Shown here: positions 20,041-29,682 of the stretch, one piece after another
Layout: every line of letters begins with the position of its first letter
Position numbering within the stretch: the first letter of the stretch is position 1
Assembly: GCA_041288095.1 (NCBI GenBank)
Contig: JBGGMJ010000022.1
Coordinates: 4,925-68,924 of the forward strand
DNA: 64,000 bases
Direction of reading: 5' to 3'
DNA from: Myxococcota bacterium
GTDB lineage: Bacteria; Myxococcota; XYA12-FULL-58-9; JALHOP01
Program-made: the position numbers and the translations under genes
Notes under the pieces: generated by a model
What the model was told of the DNA's origin: nothing
Databases searched by the model: none
Seen by the model: only the letters and a program-made list of their open reading frames with translations

Positions 20041-22445
20041 TGAAGCATCGCTTCCGCCACGCGCTGGCCCTGAGCGTTGAAGGCGATACGCTTGTCGTCG
20101 GCCTTTTTACCCTTGGCTGCTTTGGCGGTGTAGATGAAGATCCGGCCGCCGCCCTTGCTCTCGATGCGCGCCGGGATGCCTTCGCGCCGTGCGACGTCCT
20201 TCTCGTCGCCCTTGGCCGTGGCGATGAAGTCTTCGAGCTTCTTGGCGACGATGGCCTCGTCCAGGTCCTTCTGGGCCCGGGTCAACGCGGCAGCGCACTC
20301 GCTCTGCAGCTTCTTGCGGTTCACCTGGCCGAAGGGGCTGCCGATCTCGAGCTTCGGGTCGGCGCCGACGCCACTGGCCAGCGCGTCCGCACGCTCGCCG
20401 CACTCCTTCAGACCGCCCATGGCGGTGGACAGGAGTTGGACGCGCTGCGCCGCGGTGGGCGCGTTCTTGGCGGCGCTGACGTCCGACTGCGCCTGGGCTG
20501 CGCGATCGCGGACCTTCTCGAACTGTGCCTTCCAGCGCAGCGCGGTGATCGAGGCCTGGAGCTTCTCGCGCTCGGTGGCGCACGCCTTGGTGATTTGGAC
20601 GGCGTAGAGCTTGCCCAACGGCGTCGTGAATTCGGCCTCGGGATCGAAGCCGGGTCGCCGATCGATTTGCGGCAGCGCGCCTTGGCACTGGTTCATGCCG
20701 TTGATGGCCGCGTCGGTCGCCGAAAGCTGGGCCTCGGCGGTGGCGGCGCTGCGCACCGGCGTGATGAAGCGGGCGATGTCCGCGACGACGCTGTCGACCT
20801 TCTGCTTCCAGGCGGCGCGGAAGTCGAAGGTCTTACCCTGCGTGTCGAAGCCGAATTGCGTCTTCTCGTAGATGAAGACACGGCCGCCTTCGACGCTCTC
20901 GATGCGTTGCGGGATACCGTTGGCCTTGGCGACCGCGATCTCGTCGGCCTTGAGGGTGGTCATGAACTGCTCGAGCTCGACGGCGTTGCGGGCCTTCTTG
21001 AGCTCATCCTCGGCGGTCTTGGTGTAGTTGCCGCACTCGTCACGCAGGCGGCCGATCGTCATCGGACCGTCGGCGGTCACGATCGGATACTTCTTGTCTG
21101 CTTCCTTCTTGGCGTCGAGCTTGGTCGCTTGCTCGGCGCAGACGCTGGCGTTGGTCTTGGCCGTCGACCAATGTTCGATCTTCTCCGAGCTCTTCTGCGA
21201 GGCCTTGGCCGCGTCGGCGGACTTCTTGGCGGCGTTGAACGGCTCGCGCAGCGTCTCCGCCGAGCCGCGCCAGATGTACATCGGCCGGTCGCGCGTGAGC
21301 TGGTCGCGCTCGCGCGCGCAGCTCTTGGCGATTTGCGGCGCCGAGACCTGACCGTAAGGCGACTCGAATTGCGCCTTGCCGTCGTAGCCCGGCATCTTGT
21401 TGCCGCCCTCGAGCTCGGCGTTGCAAGCACCGAGCGCGGTGATCGTCGCGTCCACGGCGGCGGCGACCTCGCCGGCGTTCTTGGCTTGCTGCCGCTTGGC
21501 CTCGGCTTGCGCGAGCGAGCCCAGGGCTTGGGTGATGCGGCCGCGCCAGGCCAGCTTGTCGACCTCGTGCCGGAGGCGCGTGCCGCGCTCGGTGCACTCC
21601 TTGCGCGTGTTGGCGACGCTCAAGGTTCCCAGGGGAGTCGCCACCAGGCGCGGCTCGACGTCTTGATCTTTGCTCTCGAGCGACTGAATCGTCGACAAGC
21701 AGGTCGTGAAGGCCTGCGCCGCGGTGCGGTACAGCGAGGTTTGCTCGTCGGGATTGCCCGTCTTGCCCGCGGCGACGATCGCCTGACGCGCCGATTCGAT
21801 GCTGGTGCCGAGCGACTGCGACGCGTCGATCTGCCATTGGGCGACGCCTTCACGCACCGCGAGCTGGCGCGCCTTCGCGTCGCGGTCGCGGGCGTGCTCG
21901 ACATAGACCTGGTCGTCGCCGAATTGCTGTCCGCTAATGCGGACATCGGCGAGCTCCTGCAGCACGGCGCGCATGGCGCCGACATCCTGCACGGTGGGCA
22001 CGCGGTCGTGGAGCTGCTTCTGCAGGTCGGTTGCCTTCTGCAGCGCGATGTTGCCGCGCTTGATCAGCTCGTCGATAGCGGCGTTGCGGCGGGCGATGCG
22101 ATCTTGCTCGACCGCCGTCTCGTAGCGTTTCTCGCCGGCCACCACGGCCTCGCTGGCGTCCTCGAACTCGGGGTGCGACCGCGTCAGCTCGGTGGCGCGC
22201 TGCACCGCGAGCTGGGCCTTGCGCAGGTGCGATGCCGCTTCGTCGAAGTTTTTCTGAGAGAGCGAGGCGTTGAACTGGCGGAGCTGGCCGTTGATGGCGG
22301 CGACGCCCGCGTCTTCGCTCTCTTCGGGCTCGTCTTTGACGACCTCTTTTTTGGTCTTCGATGGGCCGTGCATGGCGGCGCAGTTGGCTACGGCGACGCT
22401 CAAGTGGACGGCAAGCAACGCTTTCAAGAGTGCTTTCATGGTCAT
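20037..22445 (-). CDS. Large lipoprotein with ~250-aa internal tandem repeats (hypothetical)
   Basis: Signal peptide with lipobox (LSVAVANC). Repeated modules visible in translation (…FESPYGQVSAPQIAKSCARERDQL / FTTPLGKLYAVQITKACATEREKL / SPFGQVNRKKLQSECAAALTRAQKDL; GIPQRIESVEGGRVFIYEKTQ / GIPARIESKGGGRIFIYTAK). ATG overlaps the def stop (ATGA). Confidence 0.7.
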   Translation of the reverse strand: MTMKALLKALLAVHLSVAVANCAAMHGPSKTKKEVVKDEPEESEDAGVAAINGQLRQFNASLSQKNFDEAASHLRKAQLAVQRATELTRSHPEFEDASEAVVAGEKRYETAVEQDRIARRNAAIDELIKRGNIALQKATDLQKQLHDRVPTVQDVGAMRAVLQELADVRISGQQFGDDQVYVEHARDRDAKARQLAVREGVAQWQIDASQSLGTSIESARQAIVAAGKTGNPDEQTSLYRTAAQAFTTCLSTIQSLESKDQDVEPRLVATPLGTLSVANTRKECTERGTRLRHEVDKLAWRGRITQALGSLAQAEAKRQQAKNAGEVAAAVDATITALGACNAELEGGNKMPGYDGKAQFESPYGQVSAPQIAKSCARERDQLTRDRPMYIWRGSAETLREPFNAAKKSADAAKASQKSSEKIEHWSTAKTNASVCAEQATKLDAKKEADKKYPIVTADGPMTIGRLRDECGNYTKTAEDELKKARNAVELEQFMTTLKADEIAVAKANGIPQRIESVEGGRVFIYEKTQFGFDTQGKTFDFRAAWKQKVDSVVADIARFITPVRSAATAEAQLSATDAAINGMNQCQGALPQIDRRPGFDPEAEFTTPLGKLYAVQITKACATEREKLQASITALRWKAQFEKVRDRAAQAQSDVSAAKNAPTAAQRVQLLSTAMGGLKECGERADALASGVGADPKLEIGSPFGQVNRKKLQSECAAALTRAQKDLDEAIVAKKLEDFIATAKGDEKDVARREGIPARIESKGGGRIFIYTAKAAKGKKADDKRIAFNAQGQRVAEAMLQ

Positions 22446-23017
22446 GAACCCCAGCGCGCGACGAGCTCGCGCACCTCGCTGACGAAACGCTCCCTCTCGA
22501 AGCGCTCGAAGTGATCCCACGTGCACAGGCTCTTCGGGTCGACGATACGGTCGACGAACAAGACACCATTCAAATGATCGAGCTCGTGCTGGAAGGTGCC
22601 GGCCGAGACGCCGCGTACCTCGAAATCAAGTTGTCCACCATTGCGGTCAAGGCCGCGGACGCGCACCTCGGCGTGGCGTGGAACGCGGCCGCGCAAATTG
22701 GGAATCGAGAGGCACCCTTCGTAGTTCGAGAAGGTCTCTTGCGAGAGCGGCGTCACCTCGGGGTTCACCACCACCGTGAGCGGATACCGCGGCTTGTAGG
22801 GATAGCGCGGGTTGTCGCGCACCTCGACGGCGAAGACACGGAGCTTCTCGTAGATCTGGGTCGCGGCGATGCCGGCCCCCGACGCGTCACGCATGGTCTC
22901 GACGAGATCGTCGATGAAGCCCTGCACCTCGGGCGAGGCGAGCTCGGACGCGGACAGCGGACGGGCTGTCTCGCGGAGCACCGGGTGTCCGATCTGCGCG
23001 ATCTTACGTAAGGCCAT
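22442..23017 (-). CDS. def: Peptide deformylase
   Basis: GIAATQ, EGCLSIP, HELDHL metal-binding motifs. Confidence 0.9.
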   Translation of the reverse strand: MALRKIAQIGHPVLRETARPLSASELASPEVQGFIDDLVETMRDASGAGIAATQIYEKLRVFAVEVRDNPRYPYKPRYPLTVVVNPEVTPLSQETFSNYEGCLSIPNLRGRVPRHAEVRVRGLDRNGGQLDFEVRGVSAGTFQHELDHLNGVLFVDRIVDPKSLCTWDHFERFERERFVSEVRELVARWGS

Positions 23018-23036
23018 GTGGTGTTGGATGTACCAT

Positions 23037-24107
23037 TCAGCCCATCGTCACACCATGGCCGCGATCGATATGGCCGACATCGAGATCGCCGCCGTTCTGA
23101 CGGAAGCCGCCCTTGAATGGATGTGATTGGATGAACATCGGCGTGTCGAGGTCGACGATGTCGATGCCGCCGAAGCCGGCGGCCAAGTGCGCCGAGAAGG
23201 TCATGGCGAGGATGCTCTCGACCATGCCGCCAATCATGAGTGAGAGGCCGTTTTCGCGGGCGGCCTGCATCATGGCCCACGCCTCGGCGATGCCAGACTT
23301 CATGGTCTTGATGTTGATGAAGCGCACGCTGCCTCCGCGTGCCAGCTCGAGCACGTCGGCTGCCCCGCGGGCGGACTCGTCGGCACAGAGCGGAATCGGT
23401 GTGAGCCCCGCGAGCTTCTTCCAGTCGTCGTGAGCCCCGCGGGGCAGAGGCTGCTCGAAGATCTGCAAAGGGATGTGGTGCTTGTCCATGCCGCGGGCGA
23501 AGGCTGTGGCTTGTTCGAGGTCGTAGCCGCTGTTGGCATCGGCGAAGAGCCGGGCGTCGGGGGCGGCTTCGCGGATCGCCAGTATGCGCTTCACGTCTTC
23601 TTCAGCGGACACGGCGCCGACCTTCACCTTGATGGTGGTGATGCCGCGGCCGATGATCGACTTCGCCGAGCGGCGTGCGTGCTCGACGTCACCCGCGGTC
23701 ACCGTCATGTCGGTGACCAGCTTCGTGCCGGCGCCGCCAAATTCCTTCCACAGCGGCTTCTTGGCCTTGCGTGCCAGTGCGTCGATGATCGCCATCTCGA
23801 GGCCGCAGCGAGCAGCGGGCGCCCCGAGGTGCTTCTCGCGCAGCATGGTGCCGACGGCGCGCCAATCACCGACCTCGGTGCCGAGGACCAGCGGCTTCAT
23901 CGCGAGAATGGCGGCGTGGGTCTGCTCTTGCGTCTCGCCGCTCACCTCGGCGAAGGGCGCCGCCTCACCGAGTCCAACGGTGCCGTCGTCGAGCGTCGCG
24001 CGCACCAAGACGTTGCGCGCGACGGTCGGCGCGCCGGTCGCCACCGCGAACGGTTCGGTCAGCGCCAGGTCCAGGCGCTCGGCGGTCAAGCTCTTGAGGG
24101 TGGTCAC
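23037..24107 (-). CDS. Enolase-superfamily (mandelate racemase/muconate lactonizing enzyme) protein, dipeptide (L-Ala-D/L-Glu) epimerase-like
   Basis: 356 aa. KVKVG, metal-ligand D/E/D pattern (FADANSGY..., IEQP, CADES) and KxK dyad. GTG overlaps the amidase stop (GTGA). The N-terminal 233 codons of the listed ORF are shadow of the amidase gene. Confidence 0.8.
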   Translation of the reverse strand: MTTLKSLTAERLDLALTEPFAVATGAPTVARNVLVRATLDDGTVGLGEAAPFAEVSGETQEQTHAAILAMKPLVLGTEVGDWRAVGTMLREKHLGAPAARCGLEMAIIDALARKAKKPLWKEFGGAGTKLVTDMTVTAGDVEHARRSAKSIIGRGITTIKVKVGAVSAEEDVKRILAIREAAPDARLFADANSGYDLEQATAFARGMDKHHIPLQIFEQPLPRGAHDDWKKLAGLTPIPLCADESARGAADVLELARGGSVRFINIKTMKSGIAEAWAMMQAARENGLSLMIGGMVESILAMTFSAHLAAGFGGIDIVDLDTPMFIQSHPFKGGFRQNGGDLDVGHIDRGHGVTMG

Positions 24108-25684
24108 GACTTCTCCTTCGCTCCCGCCCAGACGCGCGGCAGGGGGCGCTTGCCCGCGGTTGCTCGCTCGGCTTGGCCGGCGAGCGCAAGCAATACTTGC
24201 TCGGAGCCGAAGCGGCCCATGATCTGAACGCCGATGGGGACCCCCGAGGAGCTCCAGTGCAGTGGCAAGCTCATCGCCGGCAGCCCCGTGGTGTTCCCGA
24301 TGGGCGTGAAGCCGGCATAGCTCATGAGCTTTCTGCCGGTCTCGGCGTCGGTTTGACCGAGCGTGAAAGTTCCCGTCCGCCATGGCGGAGAGGAGAGCGT
24401 CGGTGTCAAGATGATGTCGTAGCGCTCGAGTGCCTTGAAGAGGGGTTGCGCAACCTCGTTCAACTTGCTCCACGCCATCCAGTGGTCCGCCGGCGTCAGC
24501 TTGGCGTTGATCTTGATGAGCCGGCGAGTCATGCGCTCGAGTGGCGGCAAGCCTTGGCTTGCGTTGGTCGCCCAGGCGATGGCCGAGAAGACGTTGGGGT
24601 CGACCATCACGCGGCGCACCGCGGGCGGCACGTTCGACGGAGTCATCGCCTCGAGGGCGGCGCGGATGAAGTAGCCGGTCGCCATCGCCCAGATGGTCGT
24701 GAAGTGCGTCGCGAAGGACTCGCCGTCGAGCTCGTAGCGCGCCTCTTCGACCTCGTGGCCGAGCGCGGAGAAGAGATGCGCGGCGCGATCCACTGCCTCG
24801 CAGCACTCGGGATGCGACTCATCGCCGAGCACGGTGCGGGTTACGAAGCCGATGCGCAGCGGCTTGGGGTCACGGCTCGCGGCGTCGAGGTAAGTGCCGC
24901 GTGTCACGGGGGCCTGCCAACGGTCGAAGGGCCGCGCGCCCGCCAAGATGTCGAGCATGAGTGCGCTATCGCGGACGGTGCGGCTGACCACACCGTGCAT
25001 GACGAAGCCGTCGGGCGAGTCCCAAGGTTCTTGAGGCAAGCGGCCCCGTCCTGCCTTCAGGCCCCACAACCCGCACGCCGACGCGGGGATGCGAATCGAG
25101 CCGCCGCCGTCCTCGGCATGCGCACATGGTACGATGCCCGCCGCGACCGCCGCCGCGGATCCACCGCTCGAGCCGCCCGGTGACAACGCGGTGTCCCAAG
25201 GATTGTGGGTCGGGCCGTGCAACGCGCCCTCGGTGCTCGGCAAGAGCCCGAGCTCGCTCATGTTTGTGCGGCCGAGAGTGAGCAGGCCGGCGTCGTCGAT
25301 GCGGCGCGCGACCTCGTGTGTGCGCTTGGACACATTCTCTTTGGCGAGCGTGCAGCCCCAAGATGCACGAAGTCCCGTGCGCTCAAGCGAATCTTTGATT
25401 AGAAATGGAGCGCCACGTAGCTTGCCGTCGGGGAGGGCGTGCAAGAGCAGTTGCCGAGCATGGGTCTCGGTGACCTCTACAACGGCGTTGACGCGCGGGT
25501 TTACTTCGTCGATGGCGCGAAACGCCACATCGAGGAGGTCCGCGGCGGTCACTTGTCGCTTTTTCAAGAGATCGACAAGTCCGATTGCATCGTGTCGTAC
25601 GTATTCGTCGAGATTCACTCCGCGGTTCTTACGACGTCGGTAGCCAAGCTGTACATTGCGAACGCAATCATCATGTGGGGGCAT
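24104..25684 (-). CDS. Amidase (amidase-signature family)
   Basis: Signature GGSSGGSAAAVAAG and the Ser-cisSer-Lys region. The true start may be an internal GTG (VNLDEY...). Confidence 0.85.
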   Translation of the reverse strand: MPPHDDCVRNVQLGYRRRKNRGVNLDEYVRHDAIGLVDLLKKRQVTAADLLDVAFRAIDEVNPRVNAVVEVTETHARQLLLHALPDGKLRGAPFLIKDSLERTGLRASWGCTLAKENVSKRTHEVARRIDDAGLLTLGRTNMSELGLLPSTEGALHGPTHNPWDTALSPGGSSGGSAAAVAAGIVPCAHAEDGGGSIRIPASACGLWGLKAGRGRLPQEPWDSPDGFVMHGVVSRTVRDSALMLDILAGARPFDRWQAPVTRGTYLDAASRDPKPLRIGFVTRTVLGDESHPECCEAVDRAAHLFSALGHEVEEARYELDGESFATHFTTIWAMATGYFIRAALEAMTPSNVPPAVRRVMVDPNVFSAIAWATNASQGLPPLERMTRRLIKINAKLTPADHWMAWSKLNEVAQPLFKALERYDIILTPTLSSPPWRTGTFTLGQTDAETGRKLMSYAGFTPIGNTTGLPAMSLPLHWSSSGVPIGVQIMGRFGSEQVLLALAGQAERATAGKRPLPRVWAGAKEKS

Positions 25685-25686
25685 GG

Positions 25687-28116
25687 ATGAAAGCGCGGGA
25701 AGTACCTTCAGACTGGCCGACCTGCCTGCACACCGTCGTCGAGGTGTGCCTGGCGTCGCGCTTTCCCATGGCCGTCTGGCGGGGCCCCGAGCTCACCGCG
25801 ATCTACAACGACGCCTACGCATACCTCTTGGGCTCGCGTCATCCGGCGGCGCTCGGCCGTCCGGCGCCTGAAGGCTGGGGTGAGTGCTGGCGCCACTTCG
25901 CGGCGCAAGCCCACGAGGTCACGACCCAGGGCACCGCTACGTGGAACGAGCGCACCTATATGGCGTTCGAGCGCAACGGTACGCTGGTCGACGTCTGGTT
26001 CACCTGGTCGCTGTCGCCAATCCGCGACCTCGATGGGAACGTCTGTGCCGTGCTTTGCACCATGACGGACGACACGGCGGCCGAGCTCGCCGACCGCGAG
26101 CGGGCTCAGGTGGAGCGCGCCGAGGCGGCGTTGTTCGCGGCGCGCGCGCGCCTCGAGAACATCCTGTCCGCGGCCGAGGTCGGCGCTTGGTCACTCGATT
26201 TGCGGACCGGCCGCCTCGACAGCGACCGAAATGTCGCCGAGTTCCACGGCTTGGCTGAAGCCGAGCTCCGTAATCGCGGACCCTCCGCTTTCGTCGACCG
26301 CGTCCATCCCGATGACGCGCCGTTACTCGAGGCGGCGCTGACGCGGGCGCACGATACCGGGGCGTTCTTCGACCCCATCTATCGTATCGTTCGGCCCGAC
26401 GGCTCCATCCGTTGGATCGCCAATCGTGGCCGCGTCATCTCCGACGAGAAGGGCGAGCCCGTCTCCATCGACGGCGTGGCGATCGACATCACCGAGCGCC
26501 AGCTCGCGGAGCAGCGCCGCAGGCAGAGCGAGGAGCGCTTGGCGCTGGCGACCCGCGCCGCCGAGCTCGGCATCATCGAGTGGAATGCGGTTTCGGACGT
26601 CTCGCTCTGGGAGAACCCACGCACCTACGAAATCTTCGGCCGCGACCCGGGCGAGGGGCCGCTCAACCGCCGGCAGGCGCTCGAGGCGGGCATCGTCCAT
26701 CCCGATGACATCCAGAAGTTCGAGCTCGCATTGAAAGCGGCGTCACGCCCCGGCGGGACCTTCAAGCTCACGACGCGAATCAAGCGGCAGAACGACGGCG
26801 CGTGGCGCTGGCTCGAGCTCGCCGGCGCACTCACCACCACCACCGACGGCAAGCCTCTGAAGCTCGTCGCGGTGATCGCCGACATCACCGATCGCAAGCG
26901 CGCCGAGTCCGAGCGCGCGCTCCACCTCGACTCGGAGCGCGCCGCCCGGACGGAGGCCGAGCGCGTCAGTCACATGAAAGACGAGTTCCTGGCGACGTTG
27001 AGTCACGAGTTGCGCACGCCGCTCAACGCGATTCTCGGCTGGTCCGAGCTACTCAAGGCGGACGGCTTGGCCGACGCGACGCGCCTCCAGGCCGTCGAGA
27101 TCATCGATCGCAACGCGAGGGTACAGACTCGTCTCATCGAGGATCTGCTCGAGATGAGCCGCATCATCTCGGGCAAGGTGCGGCTCGATCTGCAGCCCAT
27201 CGATCTCGCCGATATCGTGGACGCCGCGGTAGAGAGCGCGCAGCCCATGGCGAGCACCCGTGGCGTGCGCTTGTCGAAGGTGATCGACGCCGGAGTCGGC
27301 AAGATGAGCGGCGACCCGGCGCGCCTGCAGCAAGTCGTCACCAACCTGCTCTCGAACGCCATCAAGTTTACGCCCGTCGGCGGCAACGTCCGAGTGCAGC
27401 TGGCGCAGGGGTCGACCGACATCCGGATCATCGTCCGCGATAACGGTAGCGGCATCGCGCCCGACTTCGCGCCGTTCCTCTTCGACCGCTTCGCGCAAGC
27501 GGAGCCCAGTCACACGCGTCGCTTCGGCGGGCTCGGGTTGGGGTTGTCCATCGTCAAGCAGCTCGTGGAAATGCACGGCGGCAACGTCACCGCCGAGAGC
27601 GCCGGGCTCGGCAAGGGTTCGACGTTCACCGTGAGCTTGCCGCTCGCCAGGGTGACCGCGGGAGCCAATGACGACGTCGACGACGCGGTGCGTGGCTATG
27701 CCGCCGATGCGGGGGGCCTCGACATCAAGCTGCTCACCGGTATCAAGATCCTGGTCGTCGACGATGAGCCGGACGCGCGTGAGCTCATGAAGCGGGTGCT
27801 CGAGACGCGCGAGGCCAAAGTGGTTACGGCCGCGTCCGCGGCGATTGGCCTCGAGCTCGTCGAGCGTTACCGGCCGGACATCGTCCTCTCCGACATCGGC
27901 ATGCCGGGGATCGATGGATACGACTTCATCCGCCAGGTCCGTGCCTTGGGCGTGACGCGTGGCGGCACCGTGCCTGCTATCGCGGTCACCGCGTTCGCGC
28001 GCGCCGAAGACAGGGAGCGGGCTCTGCTCGCCGGGTACCAGTCGCACCTCCCCAAGCCCATGCAGGTGCATCAGCTCGTCGCCGCCATCGCGGCGAGCGT
28101 CCCTTGCTCACCGTAG
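25687..28116 (+). CDS. Hybrid sensor histidine kinase (PAS/PAC x3, HisKA, HATPase_c, C-terminal receiver)
   Basis: HisKA H-box LSHELRTPLNAILGWSELL. N, G1, G2 boxes (NLLSNAIKFT, RDNGSGI, GGLGLGL). Receiver ILVVDDEPDARE...SDIGMPGIDGY. The ORF track starts at TTG 25585. Two internal ATGs (25687, 25768) are the alternative starts; 25687 abuts the divergent amidase ATG. Confidence 0.8.
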   Translation: MKAREVPSDWPTCLHTVVEVCLASRFPMAVWRGPELTAIYNDAYAYLLGSRHPAALGRPAPEGWGECWRHFAAQAHEVTTQGTATWNERTYMAFERNGTLVDVWFTWSLSPIRDLDGNVCAVLCTMTDDTAAELADRERAQVERAEAALFAARARLENILSAAEVGAWSLDLRTGRLDSDRNVAEFHGLAEAELRNRGPSAFVDRVHPDDAPLLEAALTRAHDTGAFFDPIYRIVRPDGSIRWIANRGRVISDEKGEPVSIDGVAIDITERQLAEQRRRQSEERLALATRAAELGIIEWNAVSDVSLWENPRTYEIFGRDPGEGPLNRRQALEAGIVHPDDIQKFELALKAASRPGGTFKLTTRIKRQNDGAWRWLELAGALTTTTDGKPLKLVAVIADITDRKRAESERALHLDSERAARTEAERVSHMKDEFLATLSHELRTPLNAILGWSELLKADGLADATRLQAVEIIDRNARVQTRLIEDLLEMSRIISGKVRLDLQPIDLADIVDAAVESAQPMASTRGVRLSKVIDAGVGKMSGDPARLQQVVTNLLSNAIKFTPVGGNVRVQLAQGSTDIRIIVRDNGSGIAPDFAPFLFDRFAQAEPSHTRRFGGLGLGLSIVKQLVEMHGGNVTAESAGLGKGSTFTVSLPLARVTAGANDDVDDAVRGYAADAGGLDIKLLTGIKILVVDDEPDARELMKRVLETREAKVVTAASAAIGLELVERYRPDIVLSDIGMPGIDGYDFIRQVRALGVTRGGTVPAIAVTAFARAEDRERALLAGYQSHLPKPMQVHQLVAAIAASVPCSP

Positions 28117-28139
28117 ACCTCTCGTGAGAGGCAATCGGC

Positions 28140-28793
28140 ATGCGGATGCGGCGCACGCCACCGACCTCCGAGCGCGAGCTGATGATCCGCGCCGACGCGC
28201 TCGCCGGACACAGTGTCGCCGAGATCGCCGCCGGCATGGGCTGGCCACTGCCGCCCGATGCTCGTCGCGCCAAGGGGTTCGTCGGTCAGCTCATCGAGGC
28301 CACTCTCGGCTCTTCACCCGAGGCCGGGGAGCTGCCCGACTTTCTGACCTTGGGGATCGAGCTCAAGACCATTCCCCTGGCGCCGGACGGCCGGCCGAGC
28401 GAGAGCACCTTCTGTTGCTCCATCGACATGGACTCCGTGGACCGCGAGCTCTGGGAAACGTCGCGCCTACGCAAGCGGTTGGCGCGCGTCCTGTGGGTGC
28501 CCGTGACCGCGGCCCGTTTCGCGCCACTGCCCGAACGCCGTCTTGGCAAACCCGTGATCTGGAGCCCGTCCGCTGAAGAAGACACGACGTTGCGCCACGA
28601 CTGGGAGAGCATCGCCGGCGTCATCGGGGCCGGGGGCTCGGTGACCGCGCACGTCGGCGCCGCCTTGCAAGCGCGCCCCAAGGCGGCGTCGTCGAAGGTG
28701 CGCACACTCGGCCTCGCCGAAGATGGACTCGTGCGCCGCTTGCCGCTCGGTTTCTACCTGCGCACGTCGTTCACCGCGAGCATCGTCGCTTGA
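28140..28793 (+). CDS. mutH: MutH-family (MutH/Sau3AI-like) DNA endonuclease
   Basis: End-to-end colinearity with E. coli MutH as I recall it. Catalytic D-(x6)-E-x-K (DFLTLGIELK), KRVLWVPV, LQARPKAASSK and LPLGFYLRTSFT match MutH's GVELKTIP, KRVLWIPV, IRPKAANAK and LPRGFYLKKNFT. Confidence 0.85.
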   Translation: MRMRRTPPTSERELMIRADALAGHSVAEIAAGMGWPLPPDARRAKGFVGQLIEATLGSSPEAGELPDFLTLGIELKTIPLAPDGRPSESTFCCSIDMDSVDRELWETSRLRKRLARVLWVPVTAARFAPLPERRLGKPVIWSPSAEEDTTLRHDWESIAGVIGAGGSVTAHVGAALQARPKAASSKVRTLGLAEDGLVRRLPLGFYLRTSFTASIVA

Positions 28794-29650
28794 GCGCCCC
28801 GAGCGAACGGGCCATCCGCGTCCCGGGGCTCACGCTCGCGGCCCGCGAATGGGGGGACTCGAGCGCGCCGCACAAGGTGCTGGCGCTGCACGGTTGGCTC
28901 GACAACTGCGCGACGTTCGATGGTCTCGCGCCTCTGCTGAGCGGCGTGCATCTCATCGCCCTGGACCTGCCCGGGCACGGCCGCTCCGAGCATCGCAGCG
29001 CCAACGACACGTATCACTTCATCGATTGGATCCCCGAGGTCGTCGCCGCGGCCGATGATCTGGGTTGGCAGCGCTTCACCTTGATGGGCCACTCGATGGG
29101 GGCCGCCGTCGCGAGTATCACCGCCGGCACGGTGCCCGAGCGAGTGCGCGGCGTCGTGCTCCTCGACGGCATGGCGCCGTTCGCGACAGCGCCCAAGGAC
29201 GCGCCGGGCACGCTCGCCGCATATATTCGCCAGCGGACGCGCTTGCTCGAGAAGGAAAGGCCGTTCTACCCGTCGCGCGAAGCGGCGACGGAGCGGCTCC
29301 TCAAGGTAGCCAATCTGACACGCGAGGCCGCTACGACCCTCGTCGGGCGCAACACCATCGAGGCGGCCGAAGGTGTGGTCTGGACCTACGACACCCGCCT
29401 GCGCCGTATTTCGCCGATGCGCTTCACTGATGAGCACAACCGCGCATTTTTACGCGCCATCACGGCGCCGGTGCTCTTCGTACGGCCGACGGACGGCATT
29501 CCCGTCGATGAGACGCTCCTGGCAACCTGGGTTGGCGACATCGGCAAGCTGACGCGGGCTTCGCCGGTCGGCGGGCACCACGTCCATCTCGAGTACCCGG
29601 ACCGCGTCGCGCCCATGGTGCAAGATTTCTTGCAGGGGCTGCCTGAATAG
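28790..29650 (+). CDS. Alpha/beta-fold hydrolase
   Basis: HGW.DN, nucleophile elbow GHSMGA, C-terminal His. TTG start overlaps the mutH stop. Confidence 0.75.
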   Translation: MSAPSERAIRVPGLTLAAREWGDSSAPHKVLALHGWLDNCATFDGLAPLLSGVHLIALDLPGHGRSEHRSANDTYHFIDWIPEVVAAADDLGWQRFTLMGHSMGAAVASITAGTVPERVRGVVLLDGMAPFATAPKDAPGTLAAYIRQRTRLLEKERPFYPSREAATERLLKVANLTREAATTLVGRNTIEAAEGVVWTYDTRLRRISPMRFTDEHNRAFLRAITAPVLFVRPTDGIPVDETLLATWVGDIGKLTRASPVGGHHVHLEYPDRVAPMVQDFLQGLPE

Positions 29651-29682
29651 ATCCGGGCGCACGCCCGTCGGATCGATCCCCA

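Noticed and set aside
20040-22514. 824-aa plus-strand ORF
   Set aside because: Shadow of the repetitive lipoprotein gene. Gly/Arg/Leu/Ala-rich low complexity.
24108-24806. N-terminal 233-codon extension of the enolase-family ORF
   Set aside because: Arg/His-rich junk that overlaps the amidase in another frame. Homology starts at the GTG at 24107, with a GTGA overlap.
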